Assembly: GCA_963751455.1 (NCBI GenBank)
Contig: CAVVUN010000002.1
Location: 544,001 to 608,000 of the forward strand
Source of the DNA: Nitrospirota bacterium
GTDB lineage: Bacteria; Nitrospirota; UBA9217
DNA: 64,000 nt
Direction of reading: 5' to 3'
Of the stretch, positions 9,873-20,060 are shown piece by piece. Below the pieces are notes generated by a model. It ran no database searches. It saw only the letters and a program-made list of their open reading frames with translations, and was not told where the DNA came from. The stretch's first letter is position 1. The number at the start of each line of letters is the position of its first letter. Made by a program: the position numbers and the translations under genes.

Positions 9873-10098
9873 TCACACAAAGCCACGAAGCCCCAAAGAA
9901 GAAAACTGATTTTTTTGTCTTTCGATTTTTTTGTCTTTCTCCGTGTCTTAGTGGCTTCGTGTGAGATCGTTTTAAGGTTTTACTTTTGCTTTATTGGTCT
10001 GAGGCGTAACCTCATAAAAGTTTTCTTTGCGTTCTTTGCGGCTTTGCGAGAGACGCCTTTTAGATTTTGTCTTTTGGTTCCGGCTTGTCCGGGTTAGG
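9873..10098. repeat. Periodic inverted-repeat hairpin elements
   Basis: tcacacaaagccacgaag / cttagtggcttcgtgtga arms; ctttgcg array at 10024-10050. Confidence 0.6.
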
Positions 10099-10248
10099 TA
10101 ATCGCCCCGAAATCCCTGAAGCATGCGTTTGCAACACAACTCAATTGAGCACAACAACGATGCCGCCGTGGGGCGGGGCCTGAAAAGGCATTTCATTGGG
10201 GATAGGGTAAAGGTGTATAATAAAAGCGAAGAAAGTGAGGCGTATGCA

Positions 10249-11349
10249 ATGTTTTGGAAAATTATCATCGGATCTATAATTATTCTCCCGGGCATGGCGG
10301 CGCTTGCCGGCTTCGGCTCTACTCCCGCTTTTCAGAAAGCGACGTTCGCCGGCGGTTGTTTCTGGTGCATGGAACCGCCTTTTGAGAAGCTTGAAGGCGT
10401 AAAAGAGGTCGTGTCCGGATATACGGGCGGCCATACGATTAATCCGACGTATGAGCAGGTATCGGCGGGCGGAACAGGCCATCTGGAAGCCATAGAAGTG
10501 ATTTATGATCCCTCAAAGGTGACCTATGAAAGCCTTCTTGACGTCTTCTGGAAACAGGTTGATCCTACGGACACAGGCGGGCAATTTGTCGACCGGGGTC
10601 CATCGTACAAGTCGGCGATTTTTTATCACAACGAGGAGCAGAAGCGGCTTGCCGAAGAATCCAAGATGAAACTCGCCCAGTCGGGTCGCTTCGATAAACC
10701 CATCGTAACCGATATTCGCCCGGCAGAGCCGTTTTACCGGGCAGAGGAATACCATCAGGACTATTGGAAAAAAAACCGCGTCAGATACAAATTCTACCGC
10801 TTCAATTCCGGCCGTGATCAGTTTCTCGAAAACGTCTGGGGTAAAGAGACAGGGGGCGAAAAGGGGGACAACAATACGATGAAACCTTCCAGGGAGGAAT
10901 TGAAAAAAAAGCTGACGGCTTTACAGTATAAGGTGACCCAGGAGAACGGCACAGAGCCGGCCTTCAAGAACGAATACTGGGACAACAAAAAACCCGGTAT
11001 CTATGTGGATATTGTCTCCGGAGAACCGCTGTTCAGTTCTCTGGATAAATACGACTCCGGGACGGGATGGCCGAGTTTCACAAAGCCGCTTGAACCCGAC
11101 AACATCGTCGAGAAAGCGGACCGTAAACTTTTCATTGTCAGAACCGAAGTGAGAAGTAAAAAAGGCGATTCCCATGTCGGGCATGTGTTCAAGGACGGTC
11201 CTGCTCCAACAGGATTGCGCTATTGCCTGAATTCAGCGGCCCTGCGGTTCGTCGCGAGGGAAGACCTGGAAAAAGAGGGATACGGCAAGTACGGAAAGCT
11301 CTTCGAGCAGAAAGATGAGATTTTGAGCCCGCAGTCCAAAGCTTCGTGA
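10249..11349 (+). CDS. msrAB: Peptide methionine sulfoxide reductase MsrA/MsrB fusion, probably exported
   Basis: [15 protein letters not shown] (MsrA); [23 protein letters not shown] (MsrB); hydrophobic N-terminus. Confidence 0.95.
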   Translation: MFWKIIIGSIIILPGMAALAGFGSTPAFQKATFAGGCFWCMEPPFEKLEGVKEVVSGYTGGHTINPTYEQVSAGGTGHLEAIEVIYDPSKVTYESLLDVFWKQVDPTDTGGQFVDRGPSYKSAIFYHNEEQKRLAEESKMKLAQSGRFDKPIVTDIRPAEPFYRAEEYHQDYWKKNRVRYKFYRFNSGRDQFLENVWGKETGGEKGDNNTMKPSREELKKKLTALQYKVTQENGTEPAFKNEYWDNKKPGIYVDIVSGEPLFSSLDKYDSGTGWPSFTKPLEPDNIVEKADRKLFIVRTEVRSKKGDSHVGHVFKDGPAPTGLRYCLNSAALRFVAREDLEKEGYGKYGKLFEQKDEILSPQSKAS

Positions 11350-11370
11350 AAGGCGACTGGGCCAGCGGGT

Positions 11371-12579
11371 CTATTTGTTGTCTTCATCCACGGCTTTCTT
11401 GAGCATATCGAAAATGCCAGGAATTGCAGATGTCATCCTGTTCCAGTTCGGGATAAGGGGAGCACCCATGGGATCGTCGGTGAAGGCTTGAGCCCCGAGC
11501 GTTATTGCCCGGGTAAAGGAATCGACCGCCTTCGCCTCTTCGTGTCGTTCGAACAGCAACCCGTTTATGGCAGCGTCGGCTTCGTATTTCATGATCGTTT
11601 CCTCTGCCATTCTCTGATAGACTACCGATAAGGACTTGAAGAACCCTTCAGAAAAAACGACCCCCTCCGACGCAAGCGTCCGGAACAGCGATTTACAGAT
11701 GTCGATTGTCATCTTCATCAGGCCTTTTGCCGGATCCTCGGCGGACAGGTCCTGATGCTTATGTTCGTAAACGTCTGCGATGTCGACCTGACAGACTCTG
11801 CGCGGAGAGTAATTTCTGTAGACCTCGGCAAGGGAACCGACCTCCAGACCCCAGTCCGAAGGTATCCTGTTTACCCGGGCCATGTCCGTTATCATGCAAA
11901 ACTCTCCGGACAGCGGATACCGGAAACTGTCGAGAAACTGAAGAAACGAATTCTGTCCCGTGAGCTTTTCGAGCGAACGCACAAGGGGAGAAACCAAAAG
12001 CCTGGTTACTCGTCCATAGAGCCGCTCGCCGACCCTGCTGTAATAGCCCTTGCAAAAAATGTAGTCGAGATTCGGGTTGATGACGGGATAGCATAGCCTG
12101 GCAAGGAGCTCGCGGCTGTACGTTACGATATCGCAGTCATGCAGGGCGATTATATCGGCGTGGCCCCTGGCGAGAACATAACCGTAGCCCAGCCATACCG
12201 ATCTCCCTTTGCCGCGGGGACCCGGATCGAGTCCGTTCCGCTTCAGCATATCGTATATTTCCGCGATCCGCTTGCCGTCGTTGTGGATGACTTTGACCTC
12301 GGCGGGGACGGGCGCCATGAACCTGCGGACACCCACAAATTGCTTTTCATCCGCCTTGTCGAGAACGAGAACCACTTCCTTCAGATACTTTACCTTTGTA
12401 AGTTCCTCGATGATCCTGAACATGGCCTTGCTCTGGAACTCCGAATACAACGCGGGCAGCACGAGAGCGACGGGTCTGAACCGGGAAAGCGCGAGCAGCT
12501 CCGACTCGAGCCGTTCCAGCGACGGTGTCCCCAGTTTGTGAAGTGTTGTTATGACTCCGGTCTGGTAAAAATCGCTCAT
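11371..12579 (-). CDS. gpgS: Glucosyl-3-phosphoglycerate synthase
   Basis: MSDFYQTGVITTLH, GKGRSVW, HDCD, KGYYSR..LYGRVTRL, YPLSGEF, DWGLEVG, YEHKHQ. Confidence 0.85.
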   Translation of the reverse strand: MSDFYQTGVITTLHKLGTPSLERLESELLALSRFRPVALVLPALYSEFQSKAMFRIIEELTKVKYLKEVVLVLDKADEKQFVGVRRFMAPVPAEVKVIHNDGKRIAEIYDMLKRNGLDPGPRGKGRSVWLGYGYVLARGHADIIALHDCDIVTYSRELLARLCYPVINPNLDYIFCKGYYSRVGERLYGRVTRLLVSPLVRSLEKLTGQNSFLQFLDSFRYPLSGEFCMITDMARVNRIPSDWGLEVGSLAEVYRNYSPRRVCQVDIADVYEHKHQDLSAEDPAKGLMKMTIDICKSLFRTLASEGVVFSEGFFKSLSVVYQRMAEETIMKYEADAAINGLLFERHEEAKAVDSFTRAITLGAQAFTDDPMGAPLIPNWNRMTSAIPGIFDMLKKAVDEDNK

Positions 12580-12769
12580 GGCGCGCTTTCATAGATGTTG
12601 ATTGAATGAGGCTTGCACTACCACTCGTAAGCAGTTATGAACGGCGAGTGTGCTTCACGTGCTCACAATGATACTTTCCGGGACTTTTCCGAATGCATCA
12701 GATATGACCACCTTGAAAATGCCGCCGAGATGATAAGATGCGAAGCAAGGATTTTAAGAATAAAATGTT

Positions 12770-12938
12770 GTAACTATTCAGCTTCTTTTCAGAACAGCAT
12801 TAAGACAAATCTAAGAAAAAGCCCTTCTATCCGCAGATTTCGCAGATTGACGCAGATTCTAAAACCGGAATTCTGGTTTTGTTTTTATCTGCGAAATCTG
12901 CGTAATCTGCGGATAAAAAAAATGACCTGAGTAGTTAC
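12770..12938. mobile_element. 169-bp MITE with 8-bp target-site duplication
   Basis: TIRs gtaactattcag / ctgagtagttac; AAAATGTT at 12762-12769 and 12939-12946; internal (cgcagatt)x3 / (atctgcg)x3 inverted array. Confidence 0.8.
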
Positions 12939-12996
12939 AAAATGTTTTACTCAGCGTCTCTGCGGCTCTGCGGTTAAAACCGCTTTTTACAAGGGT

Positions 12997-13812
12997 TCAT
13001 ATATGCTCGATATCATCTTTTTTTTCTTTTTCAGCGTCCTTTTCGGCCGAACTTTTTTCTATTATTCTTCGCGCAGCGTCTATTCCGCCGACTCCGAATG
13101 CAATCGCGAGCGCCAGAACCATGCCTCCGAAGACGATCGAAAACGCCGCAAGCACGATACGGGGCGCTACCTGGAGCTGCTCCAGGGCCATCGCGAGAAT
13201 GAGGACGATCAATGAAACTTTAACGACCTGGGCGAGGAGCCTCGCATACTGGTATCCCCTGTTGACGGTCGCTATCAATACCGCCCTGCCCACAAAACCG
13301 ATCGCGATGAATCCGAAGATCAGTATGATTGCCGCAGACAGAACCCCTGGAATATAGAGAACGAACTGCGCTACCAGGTTGTCGACCGCCGGTATCTTAA
13401 GGGCGCTTAACCCGGCCATAAATGCAATGATCACCAGGAGCCAGTATATGAGCGAACCTAGTGTTTCCGTCGGTTTCGTCCACAGGTCCCCCTTCCTCAT
13501 GAACGAAGTCAATCCCATCCTGTCGCTCCAGCTGTCGAACTCCACGGCCCTGAGCACCCTGACGACGACCGCCTTGAGCACCAGTGCGAGAATGACGCCC
13601 AGCAGGATAACGATCAGCATCGCAAGAAGATTCGGCAGAAATGCCATAACATCGAGGTAGACCTCGTGCAGGGGTTCCAGAATCATATCGAAGAAATTGG
13701 AGCTCCCTGCTGCAACCTGCAGGGAATCTCGATGCTCAAGGGTGAAATATGATCGTATTGGCTCGCTGATCCCGCAGCACGACCCGAGGAACGCGCTCAT
13801 TCCAGAATTCAT
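12997..13812 (-). CDS. Mechanosensitive-channel-associated membrane protein (TM_helix/CmpX-like)
   Basis: FLPNLL and YIPGVLSAAIIL repeats, ALAIAFGVGG; GGAGGT RBS. Confidence 0.8.
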   Translation of the reverse strand: MNSGMSAFLGSCCGISEPIRSYFTLEHRDSLQVAAGSSNFFDMILEPLHEVYLDVMAFLPNLLAMLIVILLGVILALVLKAVVVRVLRAVEFDSWSDRMGLTSFMRKGDLWTKPTETLGSLIYWLLVIIAFMAGLSALKIPAVDNLVAQFVLYIPGVLSAAIILIFGFIAIGFVGRAVLIATVNRGYQYARLLAQVVKVSLIVLILAMALEQLQVAPRIVLAAFSIVFGGMVLALAIAFGVGGIDAARRIIEKSSAEKDAEKEKKDDIEHI

Positions 13813-13911
13813 GGCACACCTCCCTGATCCGGCAAAGCCGCTTACAGCGGCGCAGGCCGGAAATGCATAACGCGGATTGTCCGTTTCAGCTTTAAGACCG
13901 CCGAGCGCTTA

Positions 13912-14025
13912 CCCCGTTAGAGAAAGCGGCCGACTCAAAAACGTCTAGATCCCGGATAAAGCCGGGTATGACGAACAAAAGCGATTAAATATAACTCAAA
14001 TGAGAGTACTTGTTCTCTAACGGGG
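13912..14025. mobile_element. 114-bp MITE-like element
   Basis: Perfect 13-bp TIR ccccgttagagaa / ttctctaacgggg; CTTA duplication at 13908-13911 and 14026-14029; internal cccggataaagccggg hairpin. Confidence 0.75.
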
Positions 14026-14026
14026 C

Positions 14027-15283
14027 TTACTTCCAGCCGTTGATCAAATACTCCTTGTTATTTTCAAATTCCAAGCATAGCCGTTCGATCTCGGATTCGG
14101 CTTCGCGCTGGCTCATCTCCTTCGTCTCAATTACGAACGAGGCGGTTTTCCCCAGATAGAGCGGGGCCAGTGACTTCAACAGATGTTCCGCAGAGAGCTT
14201 CTTTTTATGAAATGCCACGGCATAATCGTACACGATCTGCGCCCAAAGCCGGGACGGAAATCGGAAATCCCCGTCCGGCACGGATGCGAGGGCTTCGATC
14301 TGCCCGTAATCGCTCGTGCCTACGACGTCGATCCAGATCTCCCGCAGGTTCTTCAGGCCGTTCCTGAAGATCGCGAGCATTCTTCCGACATCAACCTGTA
14401 CATGCTCCAGTCCAACTTCGTATTGAAAGCCAAAGGTCGGCACGGGTCCGGAACCCCTGGTTTTTTTCCATATATCATGGTAGCTTTCCATGAGTGTAAA
14501 GGCTGATCCGACCACCTGATAAAGCATGGCTCCCAGATCTCCTGGGTCCTTGGGGTCATGGATCTTTGCTCCGAGGAATGACTGCGCGATTTCGAAATTG
14601 TTGGCGAGAGCAGTCGTTGTCATCCAGATATCGATCCCGTACCGCGCAACATCGTCATGCCAGAGGCTCCGTTCGACGTAAAACTTGGCGAGCCTGCCTG
14701 AAAAGCCGAAATCTCCTCCAATCGGCTGCCGCAGCCGCTTTCCATACAGCGCACGGGTAAGGGGATAAACTATGCTGTTCGTTATAGTCCCGTCGTATTT
14801 ATGCCGCTGGTACAGCGGGGCCACATAATCGAAATCCTCAAAGATCACGGGTTTCAAGAGCAGTTCGATCCACTCCGGAGTGATGCTTCTCAGGTCCGAA
14901 TCCACTACGGCGCAGGCTTTGGCATTCAAGGCGTGCGCAATCTCGAATATGGTCCGGAATGCGCTTCCTTTACCGGGCGGGCCCTGGTACGGTGTCGCAA
15001 TCTTGAACGTGGGTTCAACCCGGTGATGCAGGAGGATGGACTGGTAGCTTTCGATCGAAGTATCACGCACCATGTCCATGGTTCCATCGGTTGAGCCGCC
15101 GTCCGAATTAACAAGGACACTCTTCTGCCCGGGAAAGTACTTGGCGAGGCCTGCCTGAACGGCCCTCACGACGTGCGCTATGGTTCGGGCGTTATTGTAG
15201 CTCGGAATGCCGACGACGATGTCGGCGTTCTTTATTTTGCCCAGTTGTTCATGAACTTCTTTTCTGAGGACAACGGTTTCCAT
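14027..15283 (-). CDS. Single-step glucosylglycerate synthase-like GT2 (Ggs/MGS family)
   Basis: VGIPSYNN, DGGSTDGT, GKGSA, VDSDLRSI, RHKYDGTITN, RQPIGGDF, YGIDIWMT, KIHDPKDP. Confidence 0.8.
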   Translation of the reverse strand: METVVLRKEVHEQLGKIKNADIVVGIPSYNNARTIAHVVRAVQAGLAKYFPGQKSVLVNSDGGSTDGTMDMVRDTSIESYQSILLHHRVEPTFKIATPYQGPPGKGSAFRTIFEIAHALNAKACAVVDSDLRSITPEWIELLLKPVIFEDFDYVAPLYQRHKYDGTITNSIVYPLTRALYGKRLRQPIGGDFGFSGRLAKFYVERSLWHDDVARYGIDIWMTTTALANNFEIAQSFLGAKIHDPKDPGDLGAMLYQVVGSAFTLMESYHDIWKKTRGSGPVPTFGFQYEVGLEHVQVDVGRMLAIFRNGLKNLREIWIDVVGTSDYGQIEALASVPDGDFRFPSRLWAQIVYDYAVAFHKKKLSAEHLLKSLAPLYLGKTASFVIETKEMSQREAESEIERLCLEFENNKEYLINGWK

Positions 15284-15332
15284 GGGCGCGGGACAACCTG
15301 CCTTTCGCCGCTGATACCGTCGCGAAGAGTGC

Positions 15333-16676
15333 CTAGTGGACCCTGGCGGCCTCGATCAACATGATCTGAATATCCATGACGTTGGTCCCGGTCGGGCCCG
15401 TCACCAGATGATGCTTCTCGGCCTGACGGGAATCGAGCATTTTAAAAAACCGGTAGGAATCGTTCGTTTCGAGATAAAATTCCGGGTCGATTCCTGCTCT
15501 GCGCGCCCGTTCCAGCGTTGCTCCGTCTACAACCGCCCCGGCGGCGTCGGTAGATCCGTCCGTGCCGTCCGTGCCCGCCGACAGCATAGTAATTCCCGGT
15601 ACCCCCTCAATTTCACGTGCAAACGCGAGCGCCAGTTCCTGGTTTCTGCCGCCAATCCCGTTTCCTGTTACCGTTACCGTTGTCTCTCCCCCGGAGATCA
15701 AACAGGCACGGCCGGCCACCGTCGGCATCAGTTGCCTGACCTGCTGCGCAAGGTAACGCGCCGCCGTTCTGGCCTCGCCGCTCAAATGTTCCGTTATGAT
15801 CCGGGCATCGAACCCGGCGTTTTCTGCCGCCAGCTTCGCCGCGATAAGGGACTGTCCGAGCCCTCCTACTATGACGGGCTTTGTTTTTTCAAAACAGGGG
15901 TGACCGGCCTTCGGGGTTTCAGGTTCCAGACCCGAGGCGCCCCGCTCAAGGTATTGCAATACGCGTTGAGGCGTTTTTGCAATGATACTCCTCTGCTTGA
16001 GTACATCAAGCGAATGTGCGAATGTCGTTGTGTCGGGCACTGTCGGTCCTGACCCAATCACGTCCAGCCGGTCGCCGAGAACATCCGAGAGCAGCAGGGT
16101 AACAATGGTCGCCGGGAAAGCGAGTGCTGCCAGCCTGCCGCCTTTGACCTTTGAGAGGTGCTTTCGTACGGCGTTCAATTCGTCGATCGCCGCTCCCGTT
16201 TTGAGCAGGACATCGGTAACATCCTGTTTGTCCCCGAGCGTAACTCCTTCAACGGGCGATACCAGCAGCGACGAGGCGCCGCCGGATAGAAGACAAAAAA
16301 CAAGTGTCCGCTCCCCGGCTGCCCTCAGAAGCTCGCTGATCTCTACGGTCGCCGCTGCGCCCGCTGCATCAGGCAGCGGATGGGAAGCTTCTCTTTGTTC
16401 TATTTTTCTGAGCTGCCCTGTATGGCCGTACTTTACAATAATAATACCACGGTCCAGTTTAGGCCCGAGCGCATCCTCAATAGCACGGGCCATCGCGGCC
16501 GCAGCTTTGCCGGCCCCGACAGCGATCACGGTTCCGTAGCGCTCCAGATCGTACACCGTGCCCGATACCCGCAGCCGCCCGTCTTTCTCCATGGCAAGGC
16601 TGCCCTTTACCGCCCTATACGGGTCAGCGGCCGAGAGCGCAGCATTAAACAGATCGATGCACTGGCTTCGATTCAT
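15333..16676 (-). CDS. Glycerate kinase (DUF4147/MOFRL family)
   Basis: GAGKAA, SHPLPD, LSGGASSL, RKHLSKVKGG, GGETTV, GGRNQE, TDGTDG, TGPTGTNVMD. Confidence 0.93.
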   Translation of the reverse strand: MNRSQCIDLFNAALSAADPYRAVKGSLAMEKDGRLRVSGTVYDLERYGTVIAVGAGKAAAAMARAIEDALGPKLDRGIIIVKYGHTGQLRKIEQREASHPLPDAAGAAATVEISELLRAAGERTLVFCLLSGGASSLLVSPVEGVTLGDKQDVTDVLLKTGAAIDELNAVRKHLSKVKGGRLAALAFPATIVTLLLSDVLGDRLDVIGSGPTVPDTTTFAHSLDVLKQRSIIAKTPQRVLQYLERGASGLEPETPKAGHPCFEKTKPVIVGGLGQSLIAAKLAAENAGFDARIITEHLSGEARTAARYLAQQVRQLMPTVAGRACLISGGETTVTVTGNGIGGRNQELALAFAREIEGVPGITMLSAGTDGTDGSTDAAGAVVDGATLERARRAGIDPEFYLETNDSYRFFKMLDSRQAEKHHLVTGPTGTNVMDIQIMLIEAARVH

Positions 16677-17466
16677 GGTTAAGGAGCTTGGATATCGCTT
16701 CGTTCCATCCGTCCGGACCGATTCCTTCGGTTTTCATGAGTGACCGCTGTAGGACCATGGGCTCATGAGACCCATCCGGTTTTTTTATCAGAACCGGCAA
16801 GTCGACTTGCTGAAGCATAGGAAGGTCATTCAAACTGTCTCCCAAGCCTATTGTCACAATTCTACCATATTCATTTTGATAAAATTCTTTCAGAACTGTG
16901 ATCGCGGTGCCCTTGTCGCTGTTTCCAAGGATGTGATACATATTTCCCCTGGTCCAGGATAAGCCGCGGTTGCGGATTTCAGCGAAGAAGGATCGGTCCG
17001 GCTCCTCAAGGAATATAAAAGGCTCATCGAATTCCCGTTTTTTCGCTAAATCGGCGTCCCGCGGCGAAAGACCTGTAAGACGGCACACTTCGTCAATGGA
17101 CATGTCTCCGAAGCCTTTTACGCGCGCGAACAACTTTTTTCTTACTGCACTAAACGCAGTGCGAATTGTACGATATGAGGCGCCAAGCGTGATAACAAAA
17201 TATCCGTTTCGCAGTTCACCGTTGACAGGAAACTGAAAGTAGCCGGTCGGTATGAAAATAGCCCCGCCGTTTTCCGGGATAAAAGGATGCCTGTTTTTGA
17301 TGCGTCTGCGGTAGATTTCCATCTCGGCTCTCGTCTTGCTGGAGCAGAGAATAAGCGGGATATTGCTCCTGCGCAGGAGCTCAAGAGCAGGTTTTGCGCG
17401 CTCAAACGAATAGGTTTGAGGCTGAAGGAGGGTGCCGTCGAGATCACTGAAAACCACGAACTTCAT
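16645..17466 (-). CDS. Glucosyl/mannosyl-3-phosphoglycerate phosphatase (HAD IIB)
   Basis: FSDLDGTLL, SSKTRAE, ENGG, REFDEPF, GDSLND, GPDGWN. Confidence 0.9.
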   Translation of the reverse strand: MKFVVFSDLDGTLLQPQTYSFERAKPALELLRRSNIPLILCSSKTRAEMEIYRRRIKNRHPFIPENGGAIFIPTGYFQFPVNGELRNGYFVITLGASYRTIRTAFSAVRKKLFARVKGFGDMSIDEVCRLTGLSPRDADLAKKREFDEPFIFLEEPDRSFFAEIRNRGLSWTRGNMYHILGNSDKGTAITVLKEFYQNEYGRIVTIGLGDSLNDLPMLQQVDLPVLIKKPDGSHEPMVLQRSLMKTEGIGPDGWNEAISKLLNHESKPVHRSV

Positions 17467-17489
17467 GGCAGTCGATTCCTGTTTATAAT

Positions 17490-18197
17490 TTAACCCTTGT
17501 TTCGTGAGGGGTACCACCGCACAAGCCGCTCCGGCGGCACCCCTATAAGGTAGAGAAGCTGCAGCGCCCAGTTCCTGATCGTGCAGAATAGAATCCCTTC
17601 CTTTTCCCAGCGGCGGACGGATGTTCTCACCTTTTCGGGAATTATGGAAATATGGTCTCCGCGTTTTCTGATACGTCTCATGAGGTCGATGTCTTCCATA
17701 AGAGGAATAACTGCATAGCCACCGATCCGGTTAAAGTATTCCCGACGTATAAACACCGCCTGGTCTCCGAACGGTACCCTGGTCAGCCGCGTTCGCGCCT
17801 GAACATATCGCTCCGTAATTCTGAAAATCTTTCTATCCGTCGCAAAACCGATATCAAACGCACCTGCAACGACGGCTTGATCGGTTAAAGCATCGCGGAC
17901 GAGCGAGGAAGCCTTGTCCGGCAATACAGAATCGGCATGCAGAAACAGAAGGATATCGCCGGAAGCAAGGGAAGCCCCGCGGTTCATCTGCCGGGCCCGG
18001 CCTTTTTCCGAGATCGCGGTAAGCACGCGCCTGTCCGTTATAGTTGCGATCGTGCCGCCAAGAGGGTCGCCGTCTACGACAATGATTTCAATGCCGGCAC
18101 TCGCCTCGAGCGAAAGGAGGCTTCTTATCGTTTCTTTAATTGTAATTGCCTCATCATATACAGGAAGGACAATCGAAATTTCAGGGTGCTTTGTCAA
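17490..18197 (-). CDS. GT2 glycosyltransferase, TIGR04283-like
   Basis: GRARQMNRGA, LFLHADS, PFGDQ, PLMEDI, TSVRRW. Confidence 0.85.
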   Translation of the reverse strand: MTKHPEISIVLPVYDEAITIKETIRSLLSLEASAGIEIIVVDGDPLGGTIATITDRRVLTAISEKGRARQMNRGASLASGDILLFLHADSVLPDKASSLVRDALTDQAVVAGAFDIGFATDRKIFRITERYVQARTRLTRVPFGDQAVFIRREYFNRIGGYAVIPLMEDIDLMRRIRKRGDHISIIPEKVRTSVRRWEKEGILFCTIRNWALQLLYLIGVPPERLVRWYPSRNKG

Positions 18198-18351
18198 TCG
18201 GGCTCTCCCAAAGATTCAGCGGTATCTGCAGGACAATACCACACCTCGCGATTATTTAAAAGAAGCCTAAGGACACACTCCAATTGCACTAATTGTCGGG
18301 AAAGAACAAAGCGTACTTCAGGAGATACTGCAGAAACATAGGGCCCCAGAC

Positions 18352-18660
18352 CTACATATCTTCTTCAGGCATGATGTGGGCCGAATCCCATACATTCATT
18401 CTCATAATGCAGTCATGCGCCTCTGACTTGTCATATACCGGTGTCCCGACAGGACTGCACACTGTGAGGCATTCATCTTTCAATCCCTGGACCTTCGCCT
18501 CGATGTTTTCCGCAATTATATGCAGTCTCTCAAGTTCCAGACCGAGCTTCTTTTTTTCACCATCGGGCAGAAGCTCCAAACTCTTCACAATATCTGAAAT
18601 CTCCCGGCTCCATGCAGACATCTCGTTTTCCGCCGTGTAACAATATTCATTCCGGTCCAT
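18352..18660 (-). CDS. Small helical hypothetical protein
   Basis: EYC...EMSAW...LKDECLTVCSP pattern; GGGGG RBS. Confidence 0.7.
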   Translation of the reverse strand: MDRNEYCYTAENEMSAWSREISDIVKSLELLPDGEKKKLGLELERLHIIAENIEAKVQGLKDECLTVCSPVGTPVYDKSEAHDCIMRMNVWDSAHIMPEEDM

Positions 18661-18860
18661 AATGGCCCCCTTGTCAAAAAAATACCGCAGAGACAGCTGA
18701 GAAGGGGTGACAAAACATGGCCTGGTCTCGGGGTTTGGAATCCCGGGTTCCAGGCTTTTCAGTCCAGCCGCGTTCTCCTGTCTCGGCGGTAATTATTTAA
18801 ACCAGGATAATATATCTCCTGTTTTAAGGTTATCACTCATGCAAAATTCTGTCAAGAACG

Positions 18861-19766
18861 TCAAAGAACTACAATATCGTAATATTTGCCGTTGACTTCG
18901 CTGCCGATCAGACCGAAACGTGCGCTCGAAGTCTCGATCGGGTCGGACTTCCATGAAAAACCAATGGACGGCACCTCGACGGAAACTGCTGCGTGCGAGG
19001 CTGCGCGATATCCCTTTAGTCTGAAATGCCTGCACTTGTCCTCGTAGAGAAGCGGCTCCTCCGTGGCGGTCCATGTGACTCTTACCGACATACGCGCCGG
19101 TCTGGACTTGGCTTCGGCAGAGGGCCATTCCGGCTGGTCGATAACGGGAAGATTATTAAGAATCAGGGTAGCAGCCCGTCCGTCGGGACTGATCGTCAGA
19201 CCTCCGTCAGGCACGCTTGCCATCCCAAAGAGTCCGGAAGGAGCTGTAGGGGGATGAAAATCATGCAGCTTGTTGACAGTAACAGGCGCTCCCCGGAACA
19301 ATGCAAGCCCAAGATGAGCGAATGTTCCTGTACGTGCCGATCGGGCGGAAAAGTATTCGCCCTGCATAAAGGAAAAATTCGTGCTCAAGCCCCCGAAACC
19401 GATACGGTTGCCTTTGTTGTCCGTTCCGATTCCCGTAAAGTCGCCGCAGCGCGCCACACGGCCTTTAAAATGAAAAATATTGGACGGGTCCGTCCCGTTT
19501 TCGGGTGTTTCGTTGTGGTTTCCATTTTTGTCCAGCCACGGAATCGGGAAAGGCGCGGTCCTTCCGTTGAGCGTCGGGTCCGGTTTGAAAGCAAGACGGC
19601 TCTCGACGGCAGAAGCCTTCGAAAGAAAAACGGCACCGCCGGCCGCCGCAATAATGCCGCTCCCGCCCCGTAAAAACCGCCGTCGGCTCATTGCGCTGGA
19701 TGGAAGCGAACCGTCATCCCTGACTGAAGCGTGCACCGGCTTTTCCATCTTTTCATGAGAAGACAT
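18861..19766 (-). CDS. Tat-exported hypothetical protein
   Basis: AAGGAG RBS; SRRRFL twin-arginine motif, hydrophobic stretch, ASA cleavage site. Confidence 0.75.
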   Translation of the reverse strand: MSSHEKMEKPVHASVRDDGSLPSSAMSRRRFLRGGSGIIAAAGGAVFLSKASAVESRLAFKPDPTLNGRTAPFPIPWLDKNGNHNETPENGTDPSNIFHFKGRVARCGDFTGIGTDNKGNRIGFGGLSTNFSFMQGEYFSARSARTGTFAHLGLALFRGAPVTVNKLHDFHPPTAPSGLFGMASVPDGGLTISPDGRAATLILNNLPVIDQPEWPSAEAKSRPARMSVRVTWTATEEPLLYEDKCRHFRLKGYRAASHAAVSVEVPSIGFSWKSDPIETSSARFGLIGSEVNGKYYDIVVL

Positions 19767-20060
19767 GCGACGCTCCTTATCATTTTTATGTTGCTGCAAC
19801 CGAAGGCGCAGCAGAGCGTGCTCTGAAGAAACGGACTTACTTTTTTAAAGTCTATCACTGTAAATGAGAGAGTGATCGGTCCATGTCTCGGTATCATACT
19901 CATTCCAAAGTTGTTCGAATTGAGCCACTCGTTATACCGCTCTGCTCCAGAATGATTCATTAAAATGAGCTTATTTGACAATTATTTTCATATAGGTTTT
20001 AATAATAATATGAATTATGGAATCAAATGAAGCTCGGGTCATCTAAGGAGGATAAACATT

